NCBI GenBank assembly: GCA_963728565.1
Contig: CAVSLC010000013.1
Coordinates: 352,001-416,000 of the forward strand
DNA from: an uncultured delta proteobacterium
GTDB lineage: Bacteria; Desulfobacterota; Binatia; UBA9968
Reading direction: 5' to 3'
Length of the DNA stretch: 64,000 bases
A model generated the notes under the pieces. The model was not told the DNA's origin. It ran no database searches and saw only the letters and a program-made list of their open reading frames with translations. The translations under genes were made by a program, and so were the position numbers. Positions 41,232-52,588 of the stretch are shown here, piece by piece. Each line of letters starts with the position of its first letter. Positions within the stretch are counted from its first letter, which is position 1.

Positions 41232-43702
41232 ATGGGAATTATGCCTAAATGGATACTTATATTCGGCGGTATTCTGCTGGTAATCGTCATCGCCGCTGCC
41301 GTTGCCGTTTTGAACATCAATTCGTACGTGCAACGCAATCGCGAATATCTTATTCAACAGGCCGAAAAAGCCGTTGGACGCCAAATCGACGTGCAAAATA
41401 TTGAAGTAAATCTCTGGAACGGTATCGGCGTCCGTTTTGAAAACTTTAGACTCTCGGATGATCCGGCGTTCTCCTCCGATCCATTCGTGCAGGCGAAAAG
41501 TCTTCAAGCCAACGTCAGGCTTCTACCACTGCTGCGCAAGGATGTTCAGGTCAAAAGACTCATTCTCCATCAGCCTGGGATCAATATCATCCGAAATCGA
41601 CAAGGTGTTTACAACTTCGCGAGTCTCGGCGGGTCCGATAAGAAAAAAGATGCAGAAACAGAAGATTCTCGCGACAGAGCGGCGCGGCAACGTGCCGCCC
41701 TTTTGATTTCTCTAGTGGAAATATCCGGGGGAGTTGTACGGTACCGTGACCTGACAGACGGCACGGATTTAGCCGTTCAGCAACTCGATCTAAGGGCACG
41801 AGACCTCAATTATGATCGGCCTGTATCAATCGATCTCGCGGCGGCAGTTTTTGCTGCAAAGCAAAATGTCAATCTCAAGCTGCGGGTCGGACCGATCTCT
41901 CCCGAAAGCGACTACCGCAACGTTGCAGTGGATAGCCAGCTCGACATCGATCCTGTGGATCTGAGCCAGTTGAAAAAAGCGGTGCCGAAGATCTTCACCG
42001 CGCTACCGAAAGACCTGGCAGTCGGCGGTATTTTCAAAGTGAGCGGCCTAAAAGTCAAAGGAACGCTTCATGATTTCGCATTGAACGGCGGCATTGAAGG
42101 CACCCAGGGTTTTATTCAATGGGGTGATTATTTTCACAAACCCGCGGGCATCCCTCTAGTCCTCGAGAGCGCTGCCCATTACAGCAAAGATAGGATTGCC
42201 ATCCGAAACGCCAGCCTCAAGCTTCACACGCTGCCTTTACAGGTCAAAGGTGATATTGCCCTGGGCAAACCGCCGGTAGCAAACATATCGCTTGATTCCG
42301 ATCCAACCTCCTTGGAGGGTTGGGGTAAACTCATTCCGGCCATAGCTAATTACGACCTCCACGGCAAAATGGGTCTGCGCGTAACACTCCGTGGCCCGAT
42401 CGGATCAGGAAAGAATCCGCAGGTGGATGGAAACCTGTCCTTACAGAGCGCCAGCATTAAGGTTCCACAATTGCCCAAAGCTATCGAAAACCTAAATGCC
42501 CAAGTGAAGTTCTCTGATGCACGCGCCGAAACTAAAGAAACACATTTCAATCTGGGGAATTCGCGTATCACTTTGGCAGCAGTGGTCGAGAAATTCTCGC
42601 CGCTTACTCTATCCTATAAGTTGACTACTGCCGAGTTGGCGCTGGCGGATATCCAACCTTCTCTGCCGCCAGAGCGTAGTAGCGATGTCCTCCGCGATCT
42701 CGGCAGCGATGGCCAGGTAACCACGGCCAGCGGCCAAACCACCGTGGCGGGTAAGATTCTTTCCAGCGATGGAAGACTCTACAACATGGATTACAAGAAT
42801 CTTGACGCTAATCTCTCCTACGCGAAGAACAACGTGGTTTTGCGTAGATTTCGCGCCGACGTGCTTAACGGGTCGGCGCAGCTGAAGGGAGAATTCGGTT
42901 TTGATGAGAGTCCAAAATTCTCCATGGCTTCGGAAATCAAAGGCATCGATCTGGTGCAATTGCATCAATACTTCACCAAGGACCAACCGGACATGCGAGG
43001 GAGCTTGAACGGTAATCTCAAACTGTCGGGTCAGGGTGATCAGTGGCAGGAGATTAAACCTACTCTGCGCGGGGATGGGCAAACCGAAGTCCTGAAGGGT
43101 ACGTTGTTGAATTTCAATATTGCCGATGCCGTGCTCTCCGGCGCCACCGGAATACCCGGCCTGACTAATCTCATCAATCCGGCTGTTCGGAGAAAATATC
43201 CTGAAACGTTCGAGGCCAGGGACACGGTTTTTAAAGATTTGCAGACTCAGCTTTATATTGGTGATAGCCGGCTAAACTTAAAAAATTTGCGCATTGCCGC
43301 GGCCCAGTTCAGGGTCGCAGGAGATGGTTGGGTGGACTTCGAACGCCGGGTCGATTTTCGCGGAGTGATCCGATTCTCTCCGGAGTTATCTGGTGACATC
43401 GCCGGAGCGGTCCGCGAAATAAGATTGCTTTTCAATAAAAACAACGAGCTGGAGATTCCGTTTACGTTGTCGGGGCAAATGCCCAACGTGAAACCGCGCC
43501 CGGATGCAGGCTTTTTAACAAAGGCGCTCCAGCGCGGACTGTTTCAAAGAGGCGCCGAAGAACTTCAAGAGCAACTCTTCGGCGCAAAAGAACGCCGTGC
43601 TCCGGATCGCCAGCCGGACCAAGAACGCCAGCCCAGTCCAAATCACCGGAAGACTTGATTCGCAGAGGACTAGAAGGGTTGTTTGGCCGGCAGAAGCGAT
43701 AA
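41232..43702 (+). CDS. AsmA-family protein (full length); probable indel near 43640 in the tail
   Basis: N-terminal anchor, beta-groove repeats, IPFTLSG..P.VKP; the shifted tail reads SPEDLIRRGLEGLFGRQKR to a stop. Confidence 0.85.
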
Positions 43703-43719
43703 TAAGAGTTGCTCTTGTC

Positions 43720-44943
43720 TCACCGATCGAGCGTCTCTTTACCGACTAATCCGAGAAGTACGGCAGAAAGAAGTAGCAGAGGGGCATACACCAGAAACGG
43801 CACACCGGGATTGTAAGCGTTGGCGAGATAGCCGCCGATCATTGGGGCAAGGCCACTGCCCAACTCGGCAACGGTTCGCCGTACTGCTTGCAACCTTCCA
43901 CGCACGTGCGAAGGCACCACATCGTACGTCGAAGTCGCTATCGACCCAAGTGAGAGCCCTTGAGCCAAGCCAGACAATCCGACGAGAATTGATAGTTGCG
44001 TGAAACTTCTCGTCGCCGGGATCAGAAGAAAGACCAGCGCCGGGATTCCGGTGCTCGGAACCGTGCACCACTTCCGCCCTATTCGATCCATAACCAAGCC
44101 TGCGGGAATAATCATCGCGAAAACTACGATCCCCGAAATAAAAAAAAGCATGCCGATCTGAGTGGGCGATAGTTGGAGATAAAGTCCGGCATAGATCGGC
44201 AGTATGCTCTGCACCAATATTCTTTGCGATTGGCTGACCACTGTTGCAAGCACGAGAGCCAAATAGGTGGATCTTAAGTCTGGGCGTATTTCTCTCAACA
44301 ATCCACCGATGCCGTGGAGTAGCTGTCGTAACCGGCTAAATCCCCAGTTTCCATTCTGCTTGACGTTCGGTGGCGCCAACGTCGAACTTGTCGATTCTCG
44401 GCTCGCGAATCCCAGTCCAACCGCAAGCGCGGTGGCGACAGCATAGCCAATAAACGCCGCTTTATAGCTGAACATGTCCGTAAGCCAGCCACCGAGGAGT
44501 GGACACACGGCCGCGCCCATGTTGTAGGTGCCATGCAGGCTGCTCAGCACCCGACCGCGCTGTTTGCGATCCGCGAGATCGATTCCGGCGATCTCGCGCG
44601 CGCTTGACCAGAGGCTGTCCGCCGCCCCCATTACCAGCACCAGCGCGAGAATCGCGCTCAGCCAAGGCGCAATCACAGTTGCCAACGATGCCACGCTAGC
44701 CACTAAAGGTCCGGCAATGAGCCCCACGCGTGTTCCCATGCGATCCAGCACTATTCCGGCTACCACCGTGCCGACGAATTTGCCGATCGCAAATGCCGTC
44801 ACAATCTGTGCGGCGCCACCCGCCGATACATCAAACTCCCGAGCGATGACAGGAATAGTTGGGATGACCATTGCCCATGCGCCCGATAAAAATGTACTGC
44901 TGTAGAGTGCGGCGAGGGGCCGGGCGGTGGCACTGAATTTCAT
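43720..44943 (-). CDS. MFS transporter
   Basis: About 12 TM helices; G.VLDRMG and G.VMDRIGRK motif A variants. Confidence 0.92.
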   Translation of the reverse strand: MKFSATARPLAALYSSTFLSGAWAMVIPTIPVIAREFDVSAGGAAQIVTAFAIGKFVGTVVAGIVLDRMGTRVGLIAGPLVASVASLATVIAPWLSAILALVLVMGAADSLWSSAREIAGIDLADRKQRGRVLSSLHGTYNMGAAVCPLLGGWLTDMFSYKAAFIGYAVATALAVGLGFASRESTSSTLAPPNVKQNGNWGFSRLRQLLHGIGGLLREIRPDLRSTYLALVLATVVSQSQRILVQSILPIYAGLYLQLSPTQIGMLFFISGIVVFAMIIPAGLVMDRIGRKWCTVPSTGIPALVFLLIPATRSFTQLSILVGLSGLAQGLSLGSIATSTYDVVPSHVRGRLQAVRRTVAELGSGLAPMIGGYLANAYNPGVPFLVYAPLLLLSAVLLGLVGKETLDR

Positions 44944-45006
44944 AGATGGATGAGACCAAACAATGGAAAGCCAGCTTCGACAGCTTTAGCCGAGTATAGC
45001 CACAAC

Positions 45007-45034
45007 AAAAAAGCCCTCGATTTCTCAAGGGCTT
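45007..45034 (-). terminator. Intrinsic terminator after tRNA-Gly
   Basis: Minus strand AAGCCCTTGAGAAATCGAGGGCTTTTTT. Confidence 0.8.
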
Positions 45035-45039
45035 CAAGA

Positions 45040-45116
45040 TGGAGCGGGTGAGGAGGGTCGAACTCCCGACCTTATGCTTGGCAAGCATACGCTCTAGCCA
45101 ACTGAGCTACACCCGC
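45040..45116 (-). tRNA. tRNA-Gly (anticodon GCC)
   Basis: GCGGGTG acceptor pairs with CACCCGC-TCCA; TATGC-TTGCCAA-GCATA anticodon arm; GTTCGAC T-loop; pgsA-tRNA-Gly synteny. Confidence 0.96.
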
Positions 45117-45160
45117 ATGATCTAAAAATTATACGAAGCCAGAGATATTGTCAATTTAGA

Positions 45161-45736
45161 TCAGCTATGCGCGGAGACGCGAGACTGTCGAAGGCGGAAA
45201 AACTGCACGTGATAATTGACGCCCGACCATAACGCGAGCACAGCCGCCAGCGTTAAAAAATAAATTCCCGCCGTATAAAAATCCACACCCCAATAAACGT
45301 AGTGCACCAAAAGCCCCACCACCGCGAAAGATTGTAAAATAAATTTGTACTTACCGAGTGCCTCGGCATGCATAACGATTCCTTCAGTCAAAGCAATGCC
45401 GCGAATAATCGTGACAGCGGTTTCCCTGGCAATAATAATGACCACAAGCCAGGCGGGCACACTGGGCTCGCCCGGACGGTCCATGGCTGCGAGCATGATC
45501 AGAGCCGAAGCCACCATCAACTTGTCTGCAAGCGGATCGAGGATTTTGCCGACATCGGAGACGCTCTTATTACGTCTTGCCAGATAGCCATCGAAGTAAT
45601 CGGTTATCGAAGCCAGTAAGTACAGGACTGCGGCGATCAGGCTCGAAGTGCGATCTGTCAGCGTCAGCAAATAAACAAGGAGCGGGATGATTAGAATTCG
45701 GATCAGACTTAGAAAATTGGGAAACGTCCAAACCAC
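45161..45736 (-). CDS. pgsA: CDP-diacylglycerol--glycerol-3-phosphate 3-phosphatidyltransferase
   Basis: PN.LS..RI and TDYFDGYLARR...G.ILDPLADK. Confidence 0.95.
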   Translation of the reverse strand: MVWTFPNFLSLIRILIIPLLVYLLTLTDRTSSLIAAVLYLLASITDYFDGYLARRNKSVSDVGKILDPLADKLMVASALIMLAAMDRPGEPSVPAWLVVIIIARETAVTIIRGIALTEGIVMHAEALGKYKFILQSFAVVGLLVHYVYWGVDFYTAGIYFLTLAAVLALWSGVNYHVQFFRLRQSRVSAHS

Positions 45737-45772
45737 GTGAAACTCAATGAGGACGGTTTGTGCAAGGCAGCG

Positions 45773-46384
45773 TTATTGCTGCACCTGCCGGACGTTCTGC
45801 AACCCGGTTTCGCGGTAGCCGTCGTAAAAATGCAGGACGCGCCGCACGTATTGGCGAGTCTCGGCATACGGAGGAATACCTCCATGTCTTTCAACAGCGT
45901 TAATTCCGGCGTTATAGGCCGCGAGACTCAGTTCCAGATTGCCGCGGTAACGGCTGAGTAGCAACCGAAGATGTCGCGCACCGCCCTCGATATTTTCTAG
46001 CGGATTGTACGCATCAAGAACATTGTGTTGCCGAGCCGTGTCAGGCATTAGCTGCATCAATCCCATTGCTCCTTTAGACGAGCGCGCGTTTGAATTGAAA
46101 TCCGATTCCGTTTTGATGACAGCGCGAATCAAATCTGGGTCGATGCTGTGGCGAGCCGATGCGGAAAGAATAAAATCCTCGAAGTTTGATGTATAAGTCT
46201 GCCGGCTCAGTGGTGCGACGATGGATTCACGAATCACTCGGCGGAAACCGCTGTGATTAGGGACGTTGGTGAAGGTTAAGACTCCTTGTTTATCTTTATG
46301 CACATAGACATCCGCCAGAGCGGTGGCCACGGTGGACAACTGATAAAGAAGGAAAAAAAACCGAATTAAAGCCCTTTTTGTCAT
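45773..46384 (-). CDS. Lytic transglycosylase (SLT domain, DUF4124-like N-terminus)
   Basis: AVIKTES, GAMGLMQLMP, AAYNAG, PPYAETRQYV. Confidence 0.93.
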   Translation of the reverse strand: MTKRALIRFFFLLYQLSTVATALADVYVHKDKQGVLTFTNVPNHSGFRRVIRESIVAPLSRQTYTSNFEDFILSASARHSIDPDLIRAVIKTESDFNSNARSSKGAMGLMQLMPDTARQHNVLDAYNPLENIEGGARHLRLLLSRYRGNLELSLAAYNAGINAVERHGGIPPYAETRQYVRRVLHFYDGYRETGLQNVRQVQQ

Positions 46385-46483
46385 AGCTGCAGTTGAAAAA
46401 GTGTCGCTAGAATACTGATGGGCTGCGCATCTGTCAAATCTCCAGCAACCTGGACTCCATTGGAATCGACCACAGCCGCGATA

Positions 46484-46895
46484 TCACGCAAGTAATTCTC
46501 GGCCCGAAGCGGATAGCAACAGATTTACAAGTGGCAAGTCTCCGTCGAGGAAATCGAACGTAGCGAGCCTGTCGATCCCCGCCCAGGCCAGATTCTGGAA
46601 CGCACGATTTCTTAACATACCGGTGAAACTATGAACCCGATAGAATCTAAGATTGACCACGAACGCATCCGAATACTTATGCGTGTGTCTGAAGATTTCA
46701 CTCAGCTTATCGGCTCTGATACCGAGTTCTTCCATCAACTCGCGGCATAAGGCATTCTCGTGCCCCTCGTCACTTTCCACTTTGCCACCGGGAAATTCCC
46801 ACTTGAGGCGGAAAGGTTCCCTCCTCCTTACGCTGGCAAATGAGCAACAGCCCTTCTTGAACGATCAAACCGGCGACCACTTCGACGCTGTTCAT
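46484..46895 (-). CDS. MutT/NudG-like NUDIX hydrolase; frameshift near 46808
   Basis: Reconstructed MNSVEVVAGLI...LICQR...FP/LKWEFPGGKVE..E....AL.REL.EELG Nudix box. Confidence 0.88.
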
Positions 46896-47152
46896 CTTGT
46901 TCAGGCAAACGTCACTGAGAAACTATCACGGCCTCAGTGATCATCTTGTGCTCCCATAGTACCTTTCAAAACTAAATACCGAGTGACGGGCAAAGAAGGC
47001 GACATCTATTCATAGATTGGTTTGTGCTGCACGCGGCGCTATTTACTACCGGTGGTCGGGCCTCTAAAGGTTGTCATTCGACCCAGCTGCCGACACCGGC
47101 GCCGCTCGGAATATCGCGCGCTATGAAACCTGAACGCCATGGAGACCACGGA

Positions 47153-47380
47153 TCAATGTTGTGCCGGCTTTCCTTCGTCGATCCATCTCTTGGTGAACTC
47201 GATGCCTTCGAGCCTGGCATTATGCGCCGTCTCGAAGGCGCGCCCAATGCAGCTCAAAGCTCGTATGCGCCTGATGCCTTCACTTTCCCAGCACACTACG
47301 ACGCTAAATTTCCAGCGTCTGCCACTGCTGGTGGGTAGTTCGATAAGATGAACGTGATGTCCATCATGTTCGAATTCCAC
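47153..47380 (-). CDS. Small hypothetical protein (ends G.EF.KRWIDEGKP)
   Basis: GTG start with GAGG upstream and protein-like composition; no family named. Confidence 0.5.
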   Translation of the reverse strand: MEFEHDGHHVHLIELPTSSGRRWKFSVVVCWESEGIRRIRALSCIGRAFETAHNARLEGIEFTKRWIDEGKPAQH

Positions 47381-47771
47381 AATTGCCTCGCCATCGGTTT
47401 TGAAGCACCTTCGTAATCTTCCCTAGCTCGAGAAATTCCATTTGGGTCGGAGACTGTCAATCCAACAGCGAAACTGATCGAACATGTTCGACGTGCGCAA
47501 GCAAAGCCCGCCTCTATGATCCTCTGACAGTCTCATCCGGACAGAGCGTCAGTGCGATCTCATGCAGCGGTACGAATCTATAGTCGCCAAGCTCTCCCAG
47601 GGAGGGCGTGAACTATAATCAATTACTGTAACTCTGCGCCGCAACTATCTATAAACAACAGATAATGACCTGAGAAATACTCATCAGAAAAGCCCCGGGA
47701 CAAATCGACGTTTATCTCAGCACTGCTTTCACCTGAACGCGGTGTGATGTCCTGACAACCTGATCGCCATT

Positions 47772-50033
47772 TCAGCTCTTGATCTTTTCCTGCAACGCCC
47801 AGAAGACCTTTTCCGGCGACAAGGGCAAATCAAAAACTCGCGCGCCGCAGGCATCCGCCACTGCATTGGCAATCGCCGCCGCGGTCGGCACATTGGGATT
47901 TTCCGCAATGGCTTTGCCGCCGAACGGTGTCGGACCCGTCGGACTTTCTACCAGAACGGTTTTCAGCGGCGGCACATCGGCAATGCATGGCAGCTTGGAT
48001 TCGCCCATTGTCAATGAAGCGATCTTGCCATCCACCATCGGGTTCTCTTCCATCAACGCAAAGCCGAGGCCGGTAATGATTCCGCCTTCGATCTGCCCGG
48101 TCAGCGTGAGATGATTGAGCACCGTGCCGGTATCATGGGCGGTAGTCAAATTTAGAACCCTCACTCTGCCGGTACTCGGATCAACTTCCACCTCAGCCAC
48201 TTGCGCGGCGAAGCCGGTCACCTTCGGCATGTCCTTGGGGACAAAATTGGTCAGGTGAAAGACTGGGCCACCGTTTTCTTTGACAGCCAGCTCGATCATC
48301 TCTTGCATTGTCGTCGACTTCTTGTTGGGTGCCGTAAGCTTGCCGCCCTCCTGCCGTATCTCCTCCGGCTGACAACCGAGTTCCCGCGCCGCCAGGGCGA
48401 CTAATCTTTCGCGCACCTCATGCGCGGACTTATTGACCGCGTGCCCGGAAGTATTCGTTTGCTTGCTGCCGCCGGTGCCGGGATCAAAAGGCAGGCTATC
48501 CGTGTCTTTGAAAACCACGCCAACTTTCTCCGGCGGCAACCCGAGCGTTTCACAAACCATTTGCTGGCTGACGGTATAATAGCCGGGACCGACATCGGGC
48601 ACGCCGGTGAGGATATTGACCCTGCCATCGGCCTCCAGCGTCAAGGCCGAGCTCGCCTTCCCTTCCGGAGTGCCCCGATCATAGAGCGCCATGCCCCAGC
48701 CGTGGTTTTTCTTCGCTCCGTCCTTCTTCCAGCCCGAAGCTTTCACCACTCGCTCCAGTACTTCGCCCATGAGAATATCGCTCCACTTCTCACCCATGGG
48801 ATTGGCATCGCCATCGTGCAGAATATTCCTTCGGCGCAGTTCGAGAGCATCGATGCCCATCTCCTTGGCGATGATGTCGACCTGCGACTCGAACGCGAAC
48901 ACGACCTGCGGACTGCCCGGCGTGCGCGTCTGGGTACAAGGAACTTGATTGGTATACGAGCAATAGGTCTCGCAGCTGATCGCCGGCACTCGATACATGC
49001 TCGCGAGGCGCCGTCCGCCGAGAACGGTCACCTGAGGATTGGCTTTCTGCGAGCCGTAAGCGCCACCGCTAAAGTGGATAGTCGCTTTGATCGCGGTGAA
49101 ATGGCCGTCCTGATCTACTCCCGTTCGTAGCGCAAGCACCGCGGGATGGCGGTGGCCGCCGGCGAGAAGCTCGTCCGTGTAGTCGAAAACCAACTTTACC
49201 GGCTGTTTGGTCGCTTTCGACAGGTAATAAGCCACCGGAACATCGATCAACGATGCTTTAGCGCCGAAATCGCCGCCGACGTGAACGATATGGACTTTGA
49301 TGTTTTCCTTCTGCAGGCCGAAGTCTTCGGCCATCTGTTCGCGCAACCCCCAGGGTCCCTTGTTCGACGCCCACACTTCCACCCGATTATCGTCGTGAAC
49401 CTGCACCGTGCAGGCACAGGGCTCGATATAACCGTGATGAGATAACGGTGTGCGAAAAGTATGCTCGAACACTCGCGCGGCCTTCTGGAAACCGGCTTCG
49501 ACGTCGCCGTTTTTCCACAATACATAGGACTGCAAGTTGTGGGGGGAAACACCTTCCGGCAATTTCGGCGCGTTTTTATATTTGCCACGGTCCTCGTGAA
49601 TCAGTGGGGCGCTAGGTTTCAACGCTTCGACCGGATCTTCGACATAAGGGAGCTCTTCGTACTCGACATCTATGAGCGTTATTGCCTGCTCGGCAATCTC
49701 CACACTCTCGGCGGCCACGGCGGCAACGGCATCACCGCTCATGCGGACCTTATCATGCGCCAGGACCGGTTGATCCTTCACGCGCGTGCCGACATAGATA
49801 TCTTTGACATCCGCTCCGGTCAGCACGGCGCGCACGCCTTTCAAAGCCTTCGCCTTGGAGGTATCGATATTGACGATCCGCGCGTGCGGCAGCGAAGCGC
49901 GCAAAACTTTAGCCCAAAGCAGATTTTCAAACGGCAGATCTGCCGCATACTTTGTTTGCCCGGTGACTTTGCCTTCGCCCTCGACTCGGGGCAGTGATTT
50001 CCCAACGGTCCGATACGCCACTTTCACCTCCAC
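47772..50033 (-). CDS. Xanthine dehydrogenase family molybdopterin-binding subunit
   Basis: KVTG...YA.D, H.YIEP, VGGDFGAK, GQIEGG, GKAIAE motifs. Confidence 0.93.
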   Translation of the reverse strand: MEVKVAYRTVGKSLPRVEGEGKVTGQTKYAADLPFENLLWAKVLRASLPHARIVNIDTSKAKALKGVRAVLTGADVKDIYVGTRVKDQPVLAHDKVRMSGDAVAAVAAESVEIAEQAITLIDVEYEELPYVEDPVEALKPSAPLIHEDRGKYKNAPKLPEGVSPHNLQSYVLWKNGDVEAGFQKAARVFEHTFRTPLSHHGYIEPCACTVQVHDDNRVEVWASNKGPWGLREQMAEDFGLQKENIKVHIVHVGGDFGAKASLIDVPVAYYLSKATKQPVKLVFDYTDELLAGGHRHPAVLALRTGVDQDGHFTAIKATIHFSGGAYGSQKANPQVTVLGGRRLASMYRVPAISCETYCSYTNQVPCTQTRTPGSPQVVFAFESQVDIIAKEMGIDALELRRRNILHDGDANPMGEKWSDILMGEVLERVVKASGWKKDGAKKNHGWGMALYDRGTPEGKASSALTLEADGRVNILTGVPDVGPGYYTVSQQMVCETLGLPPEKVGVVFKDTDSLPFDPGTGGSKQTNTSGHAVNKSAHEVRERLVALAARELGCQPEEIRQEGGKLTAPNKKSTTMQEMIELAVKENGGPVFHLTNFVPKDMPKVTGFAAQVAEVEVDPSTGRVRVLNLTTAHDTGTVLNHLTLTGQIEGGIITGLGFALMEENPMVDGKIASLTMGESKLPCIADVPPLKTVLVESPTGPTPFGGKAIAENPNVPTAAAIANAVADACGARVFDLPLSPEKVFWALQEKIKS

Positions 50034-50179
50034 GAATGATCACCTAGATTTTGAATCGTTCTATTCAACATCCTTTAGTCGGTTCAGGATGACATCGTTA
50101 TAATACGATTCATTCTGAACAAAGGAAGATTCGATTGGCTTTTTTGTTACGAATAGCGCTCAAAAATTTCTTCGGCTCT

Positions 50180-51289
50180 CTAGGCCAGATTGTAAAGCCG
50201 AGCGCAGTTGTCCCACAAAATTTTCTTCTGGCTCTCTTTCGAAACCCCGCCCATTTCCAAAAATTCTTCCACGGCGCGCGGAAAGTCGGAGTCGCCGTGC
50301 GGGTAGTCCGTGGAAAACACGATGTTGTCATCGCCCACCAGGCTTATGATCATCGGCAACTCTTTCTCATGCTCGGTCGAGATCCAGCATTGTCGTTGGA
50401 AATATTCGCTGGGTTTTAACTTGCCGGCGGTGGGAAAGCGTCCCTTCTCCATAGCGTTGTCCATGCGGTGCAAGAGAAACGAAACCCAACCGCAATAACA
50501 TTCGAGAAACGCCACCTTGAGTCTGGGGTGCCGATCGCATACTCCGCCGCCGATAATATCCGCCATTGCCAGCATGTTTTCCATCGGATGAGAGACCACG
50601 TGCCGGAGCAGCAGATTATCGCCGAAGCGGTCGCCGATTTGCGCTAGCTCGCCTGCCGCCGCCGCCGAATGAAAACCCAGGGGAGCTCCAAGCTCTTCCA
50701 GGGCCGACCAGACACTATCGAAGTACCGCGAATGCCATGGCAGATTGCGCAACGGCTCGGGCCGCGCGAAAACTCCGACAAATCCAAGCTTGCCTACCGC
50801 GCGCTGCGCTTCCTTGACCGCTTCATTGGGATCATGCAGCGGTAGCATCGCCACACCCTTCAGTCGTTTCGGATCGGTCTGGCAGAAGTCATACAGCCAA
50901 TCGTTGTAAGCTCGCGCGATCGCCGCGGCAAGCTTGGGATCCATATCGTCGCGCATCATGATACCCAGGCCGATCGAAGGATAGAGCGCGGCGACGTCCA
51001 ATCCTTCCCGGTCCATCGCCTGCAATTGCGTCTTTGCGTCGAAGCCGTGGGCTCGGTAATCGGCGATCTCTTCGTCGATCCGCGTCGCGTCAAAAATCCC
51101 ACCACGGTAGCTTGGTTTATAGCCCTGGAGGATTTTGCCTTCGATCAGCACCATCGCCGAGCTGCGCGCCGTGGAGCTAAGTATTTTCGGCGCCCTGTCG
51201 CGCCATTCCGGTTCGATGTATTTGTCCCAGAGATCTGCCGGCTCGCGCAAATGCATGTCCGAATCCATTATCTTGAAACCCGATTTCAT
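50180..51289 (-). CDS. Amidohydrolase_2 family protein
   Basis: DSDMH..EP, AYNDW, FH, FLE...GW, FSTDYPH.D. Confidence 0.9.
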   Translation of the reverse strand: MKSGFKIMDSDMHLREPADLWDKYIEPEWRDRAPKILSSTARSSAMVLIEGKILQGYKPSYRGGIFDATRIDEEIADYRAHGFDAKTQLQAMDREGLDVAALYPSIGLGIMMRDDMDPKLAAAIARAYNDWLYDFCQTDPKRLKGVAMLPLHDPNEAVKEAQRAVGKLGFVGVFARPEPLRNLPWHSRYFDSVWSALEELGAPLGFHSAAAAGELAQIGDRFGDNLLLRHVVSHPMENMLAMADIIGGGVCDRHPRLKVAFLECYCGWVSFLLHRMDNAMEKGRFPTAGKLKPSEYFQRQCWISTEHEKELPMIISLVGDDNIVFSTDYPHGDSDFPRAVEEFLEMGGVSKESQKKILWDNCARLYNLA

Positions 51290-51339
51290 CCGAATCGCTC
51301 CCTATCACCGCGTATTTAAAAGATACTTGACCGCTCAAA

Positions 51340-51368
51340 ACTATCATGATCACCGGCGACTCTGTCAA
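51340..51368 (-). promoter_or_regulatory. Candidate sigma70 promoter TTGACA-N17-GATAGT
   Basis: Consensus -35 and 17-bp spacer, about 50 nt upstream of the amidohydrolase start. Confidence 0.55.
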
Positions 51369-51470
51369 CTGCCTCCGCCGCATAGACTTTAGAAACGGAT
51401 TTGCAGTAAGATCAACTTTTGAATGTCCGCGCCCCGAAGCGGCGGCAGATTTGACAGGACTGAGGTGATT

Positions 51471-52580
51471 ATGTTCGATTTCTTATTTCCCACAGAACCG
51501 TTTGGCGGCCAAACCTTGAGACTGGTGGCGCAAGCGCAGCAAGGCGGCGGCGATCTGTTCGATATCGCTCGAACCTGCCGAGATATCAAACCCGGAGATA
51601 AACCGAGTTGGGAAAAAGCCTGGCTCGAGCTGGCAGCGAAGACCGAAGCGGCCGCCACCGAAGCGCTGGCGGCCGGAAGAAGGATCACGGCGCGAGATTA
51701 TTTTTTCCACGCCAACCAATACTACCGCATGTCCGATGTGTTTCTCACCTATCAAGAGAATGACCGCAAAGCAGAACGCTTCCGCAAAGCTCAAGAGTGC
51801 TTTCGTGCCGGCGCAGGATTGAATAAGCCGGCCATCGAAGTGATCTCTGTTCAATGCGGTGAAGACGAGTATGATGGCTATTTCTGTCATCCCAACAACC
51901 CCGTGGCCGGTAAGTGGCCGGCGATTTTTTTTCTCGGCGGCGCCGATGCCTATGCCGAGGAGATCTACTTCGCTGCCAAGCTGATGACCGAACGGGGCTG
52001 GGCCGTGCTGCTGGTTGACACGCCGGGACGCGGCTCATCGATTTATCTCAAAAACATCGGCACCCGGCCGGATTACGAAGTCCCGGGCAAGGCCTGTCTC
52101 GATTACCTGATCTCTCGTTCGGAGATAGATCCGGATCGGATGGCCTTGATCGGCATCAGCATGGCCGGTTATTACGCGCCCCGTGTAGCCGCATTCGACA
52201 AGCGCATCAAAGCTCTCGTCGCCTGGAGCGGTTGTTACAGCATTCTCGACGATCTCTACGATTTCTGTCACCACTTGCAACCGACCGTGCAGCGCTTGCT
52301 CGGCGGAGTCAGCCACGAAGAGGCCCGTAAGCGATTGCAAGATTTCACCATGGCGGGTATCGCACGTAACATCACCTGCCCTACTTTGATTACTCACGGT
52401 GACAAGGACACTTTGATGTCGGTTGAAGGCGCCAAACGACTGTTCTCGGAAATTGGCGCCAACGACAAAACTCTCAAGATATACAATGAGGAGGATGGCG
52501 CCGGGCGGGTTCACTGCAGCCATGACTATTGGGCGCATAACGTTCCCTACATGCTTGACTGGTTGGAAGAGCGCGTCTGA
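51471..52580 (+). CDS. Alpha/beta hydrolase, 2,6-dihydroxypseudooxynicotine hydrolase/FrsA-like
   Basis: GGAD...EE, D.PG.G, GISMAGYYAPR nucleophile elbow, HG..D, HC; GAGGTG RBS. Confidence 0.85.
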   Translation: MFDFLFPTEPFGGQTLRLVAQAQQGGGDLFDIARTCRDIKPGDKPSWEKAWLELAAKTEAAATEALAAGRRITARDYFFHANQYYRMSDVFLTYQENDRKAERFRKAQECFRAGAGLNKPAIEVISVQCGEDEYDGYFCHPNNPVAGKWPAIFFLGGADAYAEEIYFAAKLMTERGWAVLLVDTPGRGSSIYLKNIGTRPDYEVPGKACLDYLISRSEIDPDRMALIGISMAGYYAPRVAAFDKRIKALVAWSGCYSILDDLYDFCHHLQPTVQRLLGGVSHEEARKRLQDFTMAGIARNITCPTLITHGDKDTLMSVEGAKRLFSEIGANDKTLKIYNEEDGAGRVHCSHDYWAHNVPYMLDWLEERV

Positions 52581-52588
52581 AATTAAAC

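Noticed and set aside
47772-50033. Aerobic CO dehydrogenase CoxL
   Set aside because: No AYxCSFR motif and no coxMS or accessory genes
50080-50120. Inverted repeat GTTCAGGATGA...TCATTCTGAAC upstream of the Mo subunit
   Set aside because: Could be a REP-like fragment or an operator, but too short and degenerate to assign
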